A DNA stretch of 64,000 nt from a virus. Shown here one piece after another: positions 15,801 through 29,900 of the stretch. The DNA lies in IMG/VR virus record IMGVR_UViG_3300028840_006004, positions 1 through 64,000 of that record; one strand, 5' to 3'. The translations under genes and the position numbers were made by a program. The notes below the pieces were generated by a model. The model saw only the letters and a program-made list of their open reading frames with translations. It was not told the DNA's origin and searched no databases. Position 1 is the stretch's first letter, and the number at the start of each line of letters is the position of its first letter.

Positions 15801-16532
15801 TTATGAGCAATAGACTTTACCAGTCTGAGCTGAGGTAAAACGAACTTCGAGATTATTTTCGTCAATGTGGACCCATTCGGTTTCGATGATCTCGCCACCA
15901 ATCTCGATGTTAATATTGGGCCTCCATCCTAATGCATGATTTACACTCCAGGTAGCTGCTGCTACATCCTGAGAATGTGTATAAGAGAGTGCGCTTGCAG
16001 GTGGATTGCTTCCATCACTATATAAAGCGACTCCTTGAGAACCGCCTGGTAATAATATTGGAACTAATGTGCCTATGCCCGGATTTGCAGTAACAGCGGT
16101 AGCGATACTGGCAATATCGAATTCAAGTTGATAGCCAATACGTTTTCCGCCACCGAAAGAATGTATTACTCCGGTGATTTTTATACCACTACCCGTAACA
16201 GGTGCGCCTGGTGTAGATTCGTCTACTGGTGTAGACTCAGTGTACGTTCCTGTTACAGGCACCCCTACACTGGGAGCTTGATGAGGTTTTAATACGTACT
16301 GATTTCCTTTGTTTACTGCAGCATTGTTTCTGTTATTAATGACATTTTCGTCAGTATAAACTTTTACAAGTCCTTGTTGTGACGAAGAGGCCATGTCATC
16401 ACCTTCAGCAACGAAGGCTACGGATCCGAACAACTTATCATAAACTTCCTCAGTAGGAATATTCTGGGTCCGGAACCTTTGACCAGAACTGTTCTGCGGT
16501 GCATCAAAGAAATAAGATCTTTTGTATCGCAT
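15801..16532 (-). CDS. tail-fibre-associated structural protein
   Basis: C-terminal YTHSQ..AATWSVNHALGWRP...IDENNLEVRF domain of a kind seen beside fibre genes. Confidence 0.65.
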   Translation of the reverse strand: MRYKRSYFFDAPQNSSGQRFRTQNIPTEEVYDKLFGSVAFVAEGDDMASSSQQGLVKVYTDENVINNRNNAAVNKGNQYVLKPHQAPSVGVPVTGTYTESTPVDESTPGAPVTGSGIKITGVIHSFGGGKRIGYQLEFDIASIATAVTANPGIGTLVPILLPGGSQGVALYSDGSNPPASALSYTHSQDVAAATWSVNHALGWRPNINIEIGGEIIETEWVHIDENNLEVRFTSAQTGKVYCS

Positions 16533-16546
16533 GATTTTGATTTTAA

Positions 16547-16933
16547 TTAATTAACTCTATTTATTGGGATTGTTGTTCCAGATCCCTGAATTTGCATATA
16601 GCCTACTCCGTCAAGTCCTGATGTAGAATCGTCAAGGTCGCTACCGTCTGTATCGTCATACGATGGCGGAAAGATTTCTTCCATAACTGTAATATCTACA
16701 CCCATACAAAATAACCGCTCTCTTAGGCACTCCATATCCTCAGCCAGCGGTCTGCATGAGGCATAATTTTCGTTTCTCATCTGCATTAACAAATGAGCCA
16801 TTTGAAACAGGCCAATTCGATTTGGAATTTCCTTACCAATGATCATTGCATCAATAGCATCATTAATACCGTAAATCATCCATGATTCGTAAGCCTTATA
16901 AACCCTGTTCCGTAATTCATAATTATCTGTCAT
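16547..16933 (-). CDS. putative tail structural protein
   Basis: ATG 16933 follows the upstream stop; C-terminal GVGYMQI. Confidence 0.6.
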   Translation of the reverse strand: MTDNYELRNRVYKAYESWMIYGINDAIDAMIIGKEIPNRIGLFQMAHLLMQMRNENYASCRPLAEDMECLRERLFCMGVDITVMEEIFPPSYDDTDGSDLDDSTSGLDGVGYMQIQGSGTTIPINRVN

Positions 16934-16934
16934 C

Positions 16935-17903
16935 TTATTCAGTATTATCAGTGCAAGTACAATCTTCAATCAGCAAGCCAAGCTTTTTGATCATTAATCC
17001 CATAGTATTGATATATTCATCCCTGAGCGTTTCAGTTGAAACAAGCCCTATTCTTGCAGCCTGATCTACATAAATAGCATCTCTAAGCAACTGATAAGTT
17101 GTTACGAAATGCAATTGTTTATTATAAAGTGGACCAGGACAGTCATCACATTCTACACATTCGCAAAGAACGTTTTTGATGAGATCCAGATAGCATTGCT
17201 CTGCATCAGTAAAATCATAGATTTCTACATAATGAATAGAACGATCGTCAATTGTTAATTCTACATAATATGCTCCATCTTCAGTAAACGTAAACGTCAA
17301 TGTATTTGATGTAGCGCTTCCTGTTTCAACAAGTGCTCCCTGGTAATCACGAACAGTGTAAGAAAGAATATTTCCGCTTCCGTTCCATACTAAAGAAAAT
17401 TGATGATCATCAGTTTTGACCAATGTATAGTCGCCATCAGATGTGACATAGACAGCACGGAAGAAATAATCATTTTTCAGGTCATCAGGATGTGTATTTA
17501 ATTCATCAGTATTGGCATCAGTAATCTGAAGCCATAATGGATTCGATACTGAAGGAATTGTTGCTGTATTTGACAAACATTTCCATACAGCCTCGTCATA
17601 CCAAACGATATCACCAGTATTATATGTTGGCCCTATTGTAAAAATAGGCACACCATACATCCAAATATGATAATCATTGTTGACTGAGCTCAGGAATTTC
17701 TGATCCTCATTCCTGAAATAAACATTGTACGTTCCTGACGCACCCTCTTCTACTACCATACAGTCTACAACCTGCGACCTGTTATAGGTCAAAATTGGCC
17801 AGTCAATTGTACTGGTACCAAGCAAATCTTCATCGAACAGTTGGACATAAGCGCCTTCCTGGGTGATCAAGTGCTGGTATTTTTTAACTTTTGTGAGTGC
17901 CAT
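16935..17903 (-). CDS. putative tail hub/structural protein with a CBM5/12-like motif
   Basis: YNTGDIVWYDEAVWKCL...PSVSNPLW; Cys-rich C-terminal part. Confidence 0.6.
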   Translation of the reverse strand: MALTKVKKYQHLITQEGAYVQLFDEDLLGTSTIDWPILTYNRSQVVDCMVVEEGASGTYNVYFRNEDQKFLSSVNNDYHIWMYGVPIFTIGPTYNTGDIVWYDEAVWKCLSNTATIPSVSNPLWLQITDANTDELNTHPDDLKNDYFFRAVYVTSDGDYTLVKTDDHQFSLVWNGSGNILSYTVRDYQGALVETGSATSNTLTFTFTEDGAYYVELTIDDRSIHYVEIYDFTDAEQCYLDLIKNVLCECVECDDCPGPLYNKQLHFVTTYQLLRDAIYVDQAARIGLVSTETLRDEYINTMGLMIKKLGLLIEDCTCTDNTE

Positions 17904-17928
17904 AATTTATTTTGTTTGTAAAGATAAT

Positions 17929-20900
17929 TTATTCAAATAGATGTTCTGCTATTGATTCACCGGTTATTATATCGATAGGCTCATCAACCCATTGGTAAGC
18001 CTTTCTTCCTGGAATAAGATTTCTGAGATTTCTATAATCAAGATCTCCATAAGCTGTCGTGAACCCGCGAGTAAGGATACTGGTACCTGCAAGAGGATTA
18101 GTAAGCAATTGGATCACTTGCGGAAGAACCAACAATGAGTTTATCGCAAGTTTAACTGGCTGCATTGGCCTAAGATCTGCTATCGGTATATCATCATCAC
18201 CAACTTTAATATACCTTAATGCAAGGAATATCAAATTCGCTGCGCCAAGGATACTCATAGTAATTCCAAACTTGGCAATATTACGTTTCTGCCATGCATC
18301 CATCTGACTCCATTTCACGCGATCAGGATTTTTCATGTTGCTTACTTGATAAAGAGCCCACTTCCAGAATGTATTTACATACCCTTCTGCGGATAAACGT
18401 TCCCATTTCGGTATATAGTTTCCTTCTTCATCTTTCAAAGGATTTCCTTGCGAGTCTTTCTCTAAAGTAAGCACACCTCCCTGTTGTTTAAATCTGCCAG
18501 GTTTACCAAAAGCATTATGCCACGCTGAAACCAGCCAACGATTCAAGAATAATATTGATTGTCCGAATGCGTAATTCGAAAGAATACTTGCAGTCTTTTT
18601 ATCAAATTCGCCCACGATATACATATCAGAAAGAGCTTTAAACGTATTAGATGATTCAGTGTCATATCCTAATGGTAACGCACCACTGACATCCTCACCA
18701 TCAAGCTGGAGTTTTTTTCGCATTGCTTCTTTCAATGTAGCTCCACCTTCACCTTTCCATCTTTCGTCTTTAGCCTCAGTATAAACCATATCCCCATCAG
18801 AGTTTATACTATGAGCATCATAAGATCCTTCCTTAATCATCTGGGCCACCATTGCAATTAATCTGGATTTGCTATCCACTGTCCAGTTCAAATAATTCGA
18901 CCAGTAATCACTCAAAATTGCTTTATCAAGCTTTTTCCATTTCTGAAAGTGAGCCATATCGAATTCGCTTCGGTTAATAACCCCGTATTCCATTCCTATT
19001 TGCATGATCTTAGCAAATTCATTTTTATTTAATAGTTTCAGGAATGCCTGGTTGACTTCCTTTGGACCAAAATAAGGAGTATTAGCAATTTTATTTGACC
19101 ATGCTTCAATGTAGGTTTTTGTGGTATTCGCTACACCAGAAATAACAGCAACACTTGGATTGATTGCCATTACAATTGGACGAGCAACCATATCAATTGT
19201 TGAGAGTACTTTATCTACGGATACGCCCGCAACTTTCATATTAAGATTTCGTTTACGGCCAAGTACTGATTGCTCAGTAGTCATCTCTATATACTCTTCA
19301 ATTTCTCTCAGCGTTTCTTCTCCCCTTATTTCTCTGCGATGTTCTAACCATAGCTTTACTCCATTGATTATTGGAAGAACGTCTATTTCATACATTGGTG
19401 TGCGAACAGTAGTAAGGATAAGATAATCCATCAAATTTTCAATATCATAAGATAAATTATCATTTGTATCCGCATTTTCCAATATCCATATATTATTCCC
19501 TTCTTTATCGGCTTCGAGTTTTAATCCAAGCAATTCTTCGGTTCTTTGAAGACTACCATATTCGGTAGCAGCCTCAGCATTATAAGTACCGTAAGCTATT
19601 TGACTAAATAACCTGTCTTGAATTTGACGAACCAGTTTTTCATCTTCAAAATTGGCTGCATAATTAGGTGACTCCTCGAATATGGTAGAAATATCACTCA
19701 TTTGAGTAATTTGCTTTTTGGTAGCCCTGTACAACCTTCCTCTCGCAATTTTCTCATCAACTGTACTGTCCATCATTGGAATGAATCCGCGATAAAAAGC
19801 ACTGTTTTCATACAGCTCTTTTTTAGCATCTTCATAAGTAAATTCCTTACCATTCTTCACATCGTAATTATAATTGGAATAGATGTTGTTTCGGTAATGA
19901 AGCACACTCTTAACCATCAGATCCTCTATCTGGTCCACAAGCATTTTACCTACCTCGAGTTCTTCTTTGGTCAGGTTTTTATCCCTGGCTCTTCTTGCAA
20001 GAGCTTTTTCCTGTTCGCTCATAGAATCATCAACAACATCTGTCCAGTATATTGCGCCAGTACGCCATGTCTTTCCATCCTGGGTAATAGTATCGAATAA
20101 TTTTTCGTAATTTTTTTTGGATTTATTCAATGCACTTACAGTAGATATACCAGTAATCTCTTGCCATCTGTCAAGAGCTTTATGCATAATCTTTTTCTGT
20201 TTATCCTGTTCACGAGAAATTTTCTTTTCTGCCTGCAAGATTAATGATTGAATTAGGATCGAATTTTCTTCACCAATATTTTGTACACCATACAGGTAAC
20301 GCTCGATGTTGCCTATCTCCTCATACGGGTTCAATTGACGTGCAGAAATATCAGGAAGCTTCAGTTCAGTAATTGCTCCTCTGAGATAATCAATTTCTTT
20401 CCAGAATTGTGGTGAGCCTTTCATACCTCCCTCTATATATTCATCCACGAGCTGTCGCATACGTTCTGTATAGAGCTTTATCTTTTCGTAAGGCGTGAGC
20501 TCATTTATATTTTTCATTGCATCTGGGAGATTGCCACGGCCTTTTATCTGGTATTCATCCCAAAGAGCCTTCAGATAAATAGCCCAATTGAAAGTAGGGT
20601 CTACTACACCTTTTCTGCTGAAAGATTTTTTAAGTTCATTTCCCAATAATCCTTTGAATGCAGGAATTTTGCCCATCTTTAGTATTTGGGTATTCATGTG
20701 AGTCAGGTTTACCGAATAGAAGTTTTTACGATTCTTCCACAATCTTGCATAACCGGCTTCTCTAACCTTTATACTGGGATCTGCCTTCATTATATGATTT
20801 GCAATCAGAGCCATTTTAATTCCTGATTGATCTGAAGCATTTTTCGAAAGTGATACACCAAGCAATCTCTGATCATTCTTTCCAATTAGCGGTTCAAGTA

Positions 20901-23900
20901 TACCATTATCCTTATTAGATTTTTGAGTCATCGTTTGTTCGAGATCAATTATAGATATTACTCTCTCATTCTGCTCTTCATTATTGTAATCAATAGAAAT
21001 AATGATATTGTCTTCAGCAAATTCTGCTGGTACAATATTGCCAAGTCCCAATTCAGCTTCAAGATCTTTCAGCTTTACATAAACTTTTCCTTCTACCCAG
21101 CCAATCTCATTCAGGAATTTATCAAATGCTGATTTTTGAACAACATTTTTCTTGTCAATCTTTCCGAAAATCCTGTTCAACCATTCTTGCTTATCGGATG
21201 ATGAAAAATATCCCCCAATATCAGATAGTGCCGTTGCAATATTGTTCGTAATCTTTTTGCTACGGTTTTTCATATCCTTATTAAACTTTTTCACTGCAGG
21301 TGAATTAATCGTCAATCCATCAAGATCGAAATTTTCCTTTTTACCAGTATAATAATCCGGAACTTTGCCTTGAAATCTGTTTATCGTGTTCAATGCGTAA
21401 ATCAACTCTCTACGCTCGATTTGTTCAGTACCTTCTTCGAGATCACCATTACTTACAATCCATCTAAGTAAATCTTTTACGGTACGGATCTGGTTAGGCT
21501 TATGTGTGACCATTGCATACATTAACCTGTTCAGGTCAGTAGAAGTTATCTGAGATATGACCTCATTATTATTCATCGCTCTCTGAGCTTTAACAGCGAA
21601 TTCTTTTATGGTGTTATGCGCTATATCTACCGATGGAGCGATTCCGAAAGCATTTTTCAAGACATCCAGGATTGATTTCCAGGCATCACGTAAAAAATTC
21701 TTAATCGCGTTCCATACACCAGTAGCCTGGTTTCTTCCATTACGAATATCCATTGCCTCATATTCAGCTATCAGCTCTTCTTCAGAGTCAATATTCATAT
21801 AAGCCACAATCACCTCTTCTACGATCGCATCATTTTCCAAAAAGCTATGTTTAACTGCTACATATTTAGCAAATGGATCATTATTATCAAGCAATGATAT
21901 CGCTGCTCTACGAAGTCTGTTGTAAGCACCGGGATTGGATTCCCTTAAAAATACCAGGTAAAGGTGTCGTATTTCGTGAGGCTTGGTATCAGGAGTAATC
22001 ATATCACGATTGATATAAACAATCCCTTTATCGATATAAGAAGCTGCACCTGGTATTAGAGTATTGGAATTACTAACCTCTACAACCTTTAGATTAGGGA
22101 ACAATCTCGCAACTTTTGATTTCATACTCGATACCAGGGTAGCAGCTTGTTGTCTGCTAATATTTTCAGCATTTGTAGGATCCGGCATGTGTGTTACATT
22201 CGGAGTTCCATGAGTTTTAGCTTTAGATTCCCTCTTAATTGTTACTGTATTTTTATCAGCATCTACAATTCTTGCGGTTCCTCCATCTATCAGAAAAACA
22301 AGATCTCCCTTGTAAATTCTATTAACTGCAGTTGATTTATTGCGGTCCCTGGCTCTTAAACTTACGCCGTGTTTAAAAATCTTCAAGGTGACCTCTTTTT
22401 CTCCTAATTGTTCAAGCTCTTCCATTGACAGTTTCCTGAATACCGGTATATGGTTATAAGTTTTGATATCAGGATCGCCAGGATATGTATTAATCAGCGG
22501 TGAATAAGGCACATTCAATGGGAAGAACTGGTTATCCACAACCTCTACTGATTCTGGTAACAGATTCTCTGATGATGATTTGAATTGTTTTCCGAATGGA
22601 TTTAATATATATGCCGCTCTTGCATACAATTCACGAGGATCTATTGAATCAAATGGATTAACATCAGCCTCTTCAATCCAATTAGTAAACTGTTGCTCAA
22701 ATTCACTGTCAGTAGCACCACTCATATTTCCATCCTTACGGGTAAACCCATATACAAGTGCATTATATATGCGGAATATCTGTTTATCATCATCTGTCAA
22801 TTTCTGGAATCCATTTTCTTTAAGATCACGAAGTGTTTCCATTGAGGCACCCTCGGATCCTGATAAGTTATATATAGGAATAGGTCCTTTGGATGCTTTT
22901 TTCTTCAGCTTGGAGATAAAACTATTCAGAGGATACTTGCCGATAGCACGGATTTCTTTTACGTAATCCTGCATATCGATAACGAACTGTTGTCTTGCAG
23001 CTGGATCAGATAGCTCGTATGTCTGATCACCCATCCTTACTATTTCAACCTCAGTTGACAGAAATTGTGATATTGCTACGTGCTCTAATTCACTCATAAG
23101 TGAATTGAATGCTTTTTCATTACGCAGTGTGCGTTGTCCGGAAGTTTCAAGAACCTCTTTAAAAAAGTCACTTTGAAATCCTATAATAAATGTTTCGCCA
23201 TAAACCTTCTTTAGGTTTGCTAACACATTAATGTACTGGATAAATTGCGGAGTAGCTTTAATAATTCCTCTCAAATCGAAACCGGTAGCAGTACTTCTGA
23301 TTTCGGCTTCAGCTCCACGATCTTTCTCGAGCTCTTCGTCCGAGATTTTATTCTGTCCGATGTAATTTATCTGTGAGTTAATATCAGGATCTTCACCGGC
23401 AATAAAATCTTCGACTGATTGACCCAGGGCCGATTCTACCTGGTTAATCGTATTGTAAAGTCCCCACTCATTACCATCGATACCTTGTTGTAGCCCTATG
23501 ATTGTATTCATACGGCGGAGTTTCTCTCCGATATAGGCATATTGTAACCATTCCTCATACTGATCTTTCTCTTCTTTAGTGCCTGCTTTTTCAACTTTTT
23601 TTGCTAATCCCTGATCACCTTTCCAAATTGATCTGGATACAAAACCAGTTAACCTGGCTTTATTTGCACTGTTTTCCATTGCTCGGATATCAGGATGATT
23701 AGTAACAGCAACAATTTCTTCCAGTGTTTTTCCCATATAAATCATTCCTGATACTAATGGTGAAGTATATTCAGTAAAGCCAATCTTACCAAGAGCGCCA
23801 CCAAGACTATCGTTATCGGTAGCAGCATTAATCATTTCAGAAACTCTTCCAATCAGTTTAAGAACGTCATCAAATGATACACCTGGATTACGCTCACTTT

Positions 23901-26900
23901 TTCCTCTAACTACAGATCCTTTTGTTGTCAACGTGAATCGTAAATCAGCGGGAATGTGAAGAATCTTTGACAATGCGTTCTGTAAGTTAGCATAGTGACC
24001 GACAAGCTTTTTACCTGCGATCGAACGATCCCTAAGCATTGCAGCCGAATAAAGATCATCCGGATAGTACTGATCAGCTTTTGCTTCTTGATCTGCAAGT
24101 TTCGATACAGTTTCAGTTGTTACTCGTTGAAGAACAGCTTTTACATTTTTTGGTTGATAATAATAATCCCACATGGCATTAAAAATGGTAGCCCTATGTT
24201 CATACAATCTTTGCTTATCAGTTGCCACCTCTTCGCCTGTTTCAGGATCTTCAATAGCTTCTTCGCCTCCCAAGTCTTGAAATAATGGTTTATGAAATGT
24301 ATGAAGTTCATCGATATCATAGTCAGAACCATCCAGGATATTTTTCTCTGGTGATGTGAATATAGTATTGTCATATCCATAAGAGAATTCAACAATCCTT
24401 GAAGGAAACCCGGACGAAGCATTCGTTGTCGGAATTCTTACGGTAAACACATCCATTGCGTGATTCAACTGAGAGAAATATTTTGCTATTTGATAGATAA
24501 CTTTTTTGCGATCACCTTCATCAACAACATTCGGAGCTTTTTTCTTAATATACCTAATGATATCTGGATCCAAGTTTTCAGGATTAAGGATTTTATCAGT
24601 GTCCCATCCTTCATAAAAACTGGTAAGAATTTCAGCTTCACGTTGAGATGAATTATGAATCATCTGGCTGATATCAGTCCTGCGATTCTTATATCCTTTT
24701 GCAGTTCTTATGGTAAATAATTTAGATGCAGATTTTCCTGTAGAAATACCAAACTTATGCTGATGTACGAATGGCATGATTACTTCCTGAGGAGTAACAT
24801 ATATTTTTAATCCTAAAGTGGAATCTTTCAAGAGCTCTTCCCGGCTTTCGTATGGAACCAGGGTATTACCTTCTTTTTTCCAAAACTTGATCGGATTAAG
24901 TGAACGCTTAATGTACCCTCTTTCTTTCCAGTCTGTTGGTTGATTGCCTTCAGTATAAAGCTTACCTTTTCTTGTAGCATATATAGCCTCACGATAAGGC
25001 ACTTGCACAAGTGCAGATCCCGGAAGAGTAGGTTTCAAATATTTATTGGAATCAGAAGCGAGTGTAGAAACAGCTTTTCTTCTCCAGACATCCAGTGTGA
25101 TTTCACCATCATTGATGATTTCAGCCATCTTGCTGGATTCATTTGTTCTTGACACATTCTTTGCTGCTTTGGCCCTGATATATTGTGAGGCAAGCGTTCC
25201 AAGTTTTTCATAAAACTTGGCACCGTCTTCAGCAATATTTGATAAAGCTTTATTTAGGATAGCTACACGTTCAGTATTATGCTCACCAACTCCAATTATA
25301 TACAACTCCTGTGTAGGGATTTGTTTTTGGTTGTCAAACACGAAGTTTCCTGTATAAAGCTGCAATCGTAAACTGTCGGCATCGAGAATGTCAACTTCTT
25401 TATCGTTGTTCCATTCTGGTTTGAATAATCCATCCTGGAGATAATGCACTTTTTCAGTTCCGTTTTTCATAGCCAGGTCAAAATTGATCCAGCCAATCAT
25501 ATTATTCATCGCTGCAGAAAATTCACCATCAGAACGACCAAGTTCATCATATATTTCATCTGCTAAGCGGTGAATATGAAATTCAAATTTTTCTTCAGAC
25601 TCAAGCATCTCATCTGTCCACTCAGAACCTAAAAATGTTTTCATCATTGACAGATAGAAAGGATCGCTCATTTTATCGAATTGAGGAGCGAACATAGACA
25701 TCTTTAACTGCTTAACTTTATCTTCAGTGATTTTATATCCGTAATAAATCGTTTTCTGAGATGATCGTGTTACAGGTCCCATCTCATATCCTTTGCTTCT
25801 CCTCATTAATTCGAGCAAAACCGGGTTCAACGGAACTAATCCATCTGTTGCTGCGGTCAATACATAATCCTTTTCATCCTGGCGAGTTGTTTTCTCAACT
25901 GTTTCAGAGAAAATCTTATTAAACATAACGGGATCCACTGTGGTCAATGAGCGAATTTTCTTGCCCATATATCTTCTGGAAAATGTTTTTCCGATAGCAT
26001 CAAATCCCTTACCCCTCTTAACGTAATCGGACAAATCATTAAAGTTCTCAACTCCACCCCTGATATTCTGATTAAGTGTCTTATTGAATATATGGTGATT
26101 CCAAAATAGGACTTTAGCCATGTTTAATGCATCAGTACTCTTATTCAAATTATCAGAAAAAAGAAGGTCACGGATTTCCGCAATGTGAGGGTAATATTTC
26201 TCATTAAAATCGTTTTTTCCTTTGTCAGATTTCAGTCTTGCTATATCAATATCGTACTCAGCTTTAATTGTCTGATAAATTTTAATAGCATCACTACGCT
26301 GGATGGTATTGTTTTTATATCCTGATACCATTTTTGCGAGAGAATCGTAAGTACGTTTTCTTCCTTTAATTTTGCTAAGTTCAGAGAGAGCTTTATTAAT
26401 ACTGTTGAATTTTTTAGTCGAAAGCATTTCGCTGGCTTCTTCACCTATAATAGCTTCACTATCTCCTACAAATACATCACCAAGCCATTTCTCAAACGCA
26501 AGTACACGATCAGCAAATGCAGACTCAATTACTTTCATCATACCAGCAACGTCACCTTTAGCCATCATCGATCTCCATTGAGCGAGATTTATTTTGGTAT
26601 ACGGACTGTATTCCTGGCTGTAACCATTACCGATAACATAATTATCACCTTGCTTTTTATAATCCCTAAACTTAACCAGAGCAAACTCCAGATCCATTGC
26701 TTTCCGAGTCTTGATATTCTTAACCTTATCTTCCCAAATCGGGATTGTTCCGTTTTCATCAAGACCGGTAGCCTTTTTCCAGTTTTTCAGCGTAAGCTCT
26801 TTCTGTTTATGATCATGCTCGACAAAATCGTTTAGTATATTGACAAGCTGAGCCTCGTCAATTTCCAATATTTTCAAATTTCTTTTACGATCAAGCTGGC

Positions 26901-29900
26901 CTTTAAATAGTGGATTTTCACCATATTTTATTTTGGTAAATGGTATTTTTCCTTTGTCACCAATCATTTCTGCGAATACAGGAAACCAGTTTACATCTTT
27001 CTTTTTAGCAAACTCATCTTTAGTAAGGATAAACATCGATCGAATATATTCATAAGCCGACATATCGTTAGCCATGATCACACGATTACCCATTGCGATT
27101 GAGTCATTTGTTCCAAGTGGTTGGATAAACACTTTTCTATTCATCAAAGGATCCCGCCAGGTAACTTTACCACGAATCATTGATACACCAGGAACCTCAA
27201 CTGAACTTTCTTGAGCGATTCTTTCTGCTTCCTGAATCATATTATTTACGTACTCATCAGAAGCACCATTTTCTCCATCAGTAAGGAAATATTCATAAAG
27301 ATTGGTTGTTGTTTCCCGGGACTGCTTAATTGTACCATCGTCCATCATCTGAACTTTATCCCTGGACTGGGACTCAACATTTGCCATTTGATAAGCGATA
27401 TTATTACGAATAAACCGGTGTGCATCAACTGGTGAGAATAACTGGATTCCATCTTCTCTTGCAGGATCAGATAATTGAAAATCGTTAGGGTAAACCTTAT
27501 AAATCTTTTCTAATTGAGCATCGATCGCTTTAGTTTTTTCAGATTTTGTCCATACAATTTCTTCGTTTTGTAGATCTCCTGTTTCATTAAAATCCTGAGT
27601 ATTCAGAACTGCAGAATATAACGCTAAGTACATTACATAGATATCTCGAGCATAATTCGGAATTCTGAATTCTTTTCCTTGATTAAGAATTATTGCTTCA
27701 GCAATATCAGCAGTAATGCTACTGTCATCTGTAATATATTGAAGGACTTGTTTTGCGTAATTATTAAGACTTTCTGTTTCTTCGTATCCGACAACCGGTT
27801 TTGAAGTGTCAAGTGATATTAACTGACGCATCTGGCCATCGATATTCATATACAATCCTGTGCCATCAATCCTGATATTTGGATTTTCTCCAGTAAAGTC
27901 ATCAATTACACTTTGGCTTACAGATCCGCTACGGCCCTGATAGAATTTATTTTGAATACCGTCACGAAGATCACCATGGATCATGGTTGCAACCTCATTT
28001 CCATACTCAGTGATATTTGAATATCTACCAGCGCGGGATATTTTAACTCTCCTCATATTCATAATACCGCGTGTGGCACTCTCAATCAAAGCAGAAACTT
28101 TCTTAAAATTGTATGCTTTTGCAATCAGCTGTTCAGTATAACTGGAAGGAGCATCGAATTTATCGAAATAATCTTCAATAAATGCTTCCAAATTCTTTTC
28201 AAGATAGTAGTATCCTACACCGCTGATTGTTCCCATTGGTGTAGCTAAATTGGTGGTATCCTCTAAAGGAGCCTGTTTATTTAGCTTCGTACTATTAGCA
28301 ATCTCTCCTCCGAATTCAACCAGAAAAGTGTGAAGGTTTCGTCTTACTTTACCAGGAGCTATATTATCACGTTTTTCACGGATCGATTCCAAAATCGTAT
28401 CAATATTAACATCTCTTCCCCTGGACACTAACCGTTCACTTGCTTTGAATAATTCATCAAGCATTAGATAAGCATCCATGTAATTATCATCTCCATAGAA
28501 ATCATCAGATACACCATTAGCGGTAAGCCTATATTCACGAAGACGTGTTGAGTTGAACATTGCAGTCAGAAAGGAAGAAACATTCTTAGAAGGGCTCTCC
28601 TGCTCTTTATCGGCTATTATATTTCCTTCTAATGTAAAGAAAGGATCCCCTGACTTAGTTGTTTTAGTCATATCCACATTACCGAATATGGTTTGAACCA
28701 GGTTATAAAAGATTGTTTTACCAGCAGGATTTGTTGCCTGTTTGGATGCAGGCCTGGTAAGCTCTTGAATAATGTAAGCATCAATGAGCTTTTTATTTTC
28801 AGCATAGGAAGCCTGTTCAACATCTTTATAAATAGATAAACTCTTATTCTTCAGCTCACGCATTGTTTTGCTAACAGCGATATATACAGAATTAGGGATC
28901 TCACCATAAACAACATAAGGCTTCTCTTCTCCTTCGATTATTTCAGACCCATCGAAATAACGGAATACTTTTCCAGCTTCACGCCTTGACATATAATAGT
29001 CGTGATATTCCATTAAGGTCTGATACACTTTCTGAACTGCACTTTGGAACGAATGTACTCCAGCAAACTTTTCTTTAGCAGATACGGATTTACCTATACC
29101 GTAGAAAGAGAAGATCATTGGAGCAATGTTTCGTTCTGCCCAGAAATCTATATTCTCATTACTACCGAACAGGAATGTTTTCTGTTTACGTACTATATCA
29201 GTGTTGAATTCATTTTCGATATCAGCTACTTTTGGGAAAATGATGGCTTCCGGATTAGATGGTATTTTATATTCGTTGTTGGCAAAGTATCCATCATCAA
29301 CCTGAGCCAAAATAGTCTGGATATCGCTGGAGAATAATTTGAATTTCGAGTACAACCATTTCTTAATCTGAAGAAGTACTCTGCCGATGTAGGTAGTTGG
29401 TCGATAATTTTCGTATTCAAACTTTTCGGCAAGATACTCATGCGCATCGCCATAAGTTGCACCTGCAGGTAATTCTTTCTTTGCAGCATTGATCAGAGAA
29501 ATTCTTTGTTTGTCACCCATTAAGTATTCGATAACAAAGTGAAGTGATTCGTGATCAGGAGTAGTTCCTTCAATTCCTTTACTTATCTGAGCGATCTTCA
29601 TCAGACCGTTCTTAACAATTCCCCAGTGAGCTGTTCCCTTATAAATAATCAGTCCATCTTCAAAACCAAGATACTTCTGAGCATTCTCACTACCGATCAA
29701 TTGTGCTATTCTCTGCAGTGCAGCTTCTTTTGAAATATAGGTAGTTTGACCTGGCACCCATTTCTTGCCATACTTTTTAAATCCAGTCTGGAATGGATTA
29801 TCGTTATCACTTGTTTGACCTATATCTTCTTGTCCAGTCTTTGCGTCTTTTGGTTTTGGGCCAATGTTTGCAGATTTGCTACGAGCAACAGATTGGTTCA

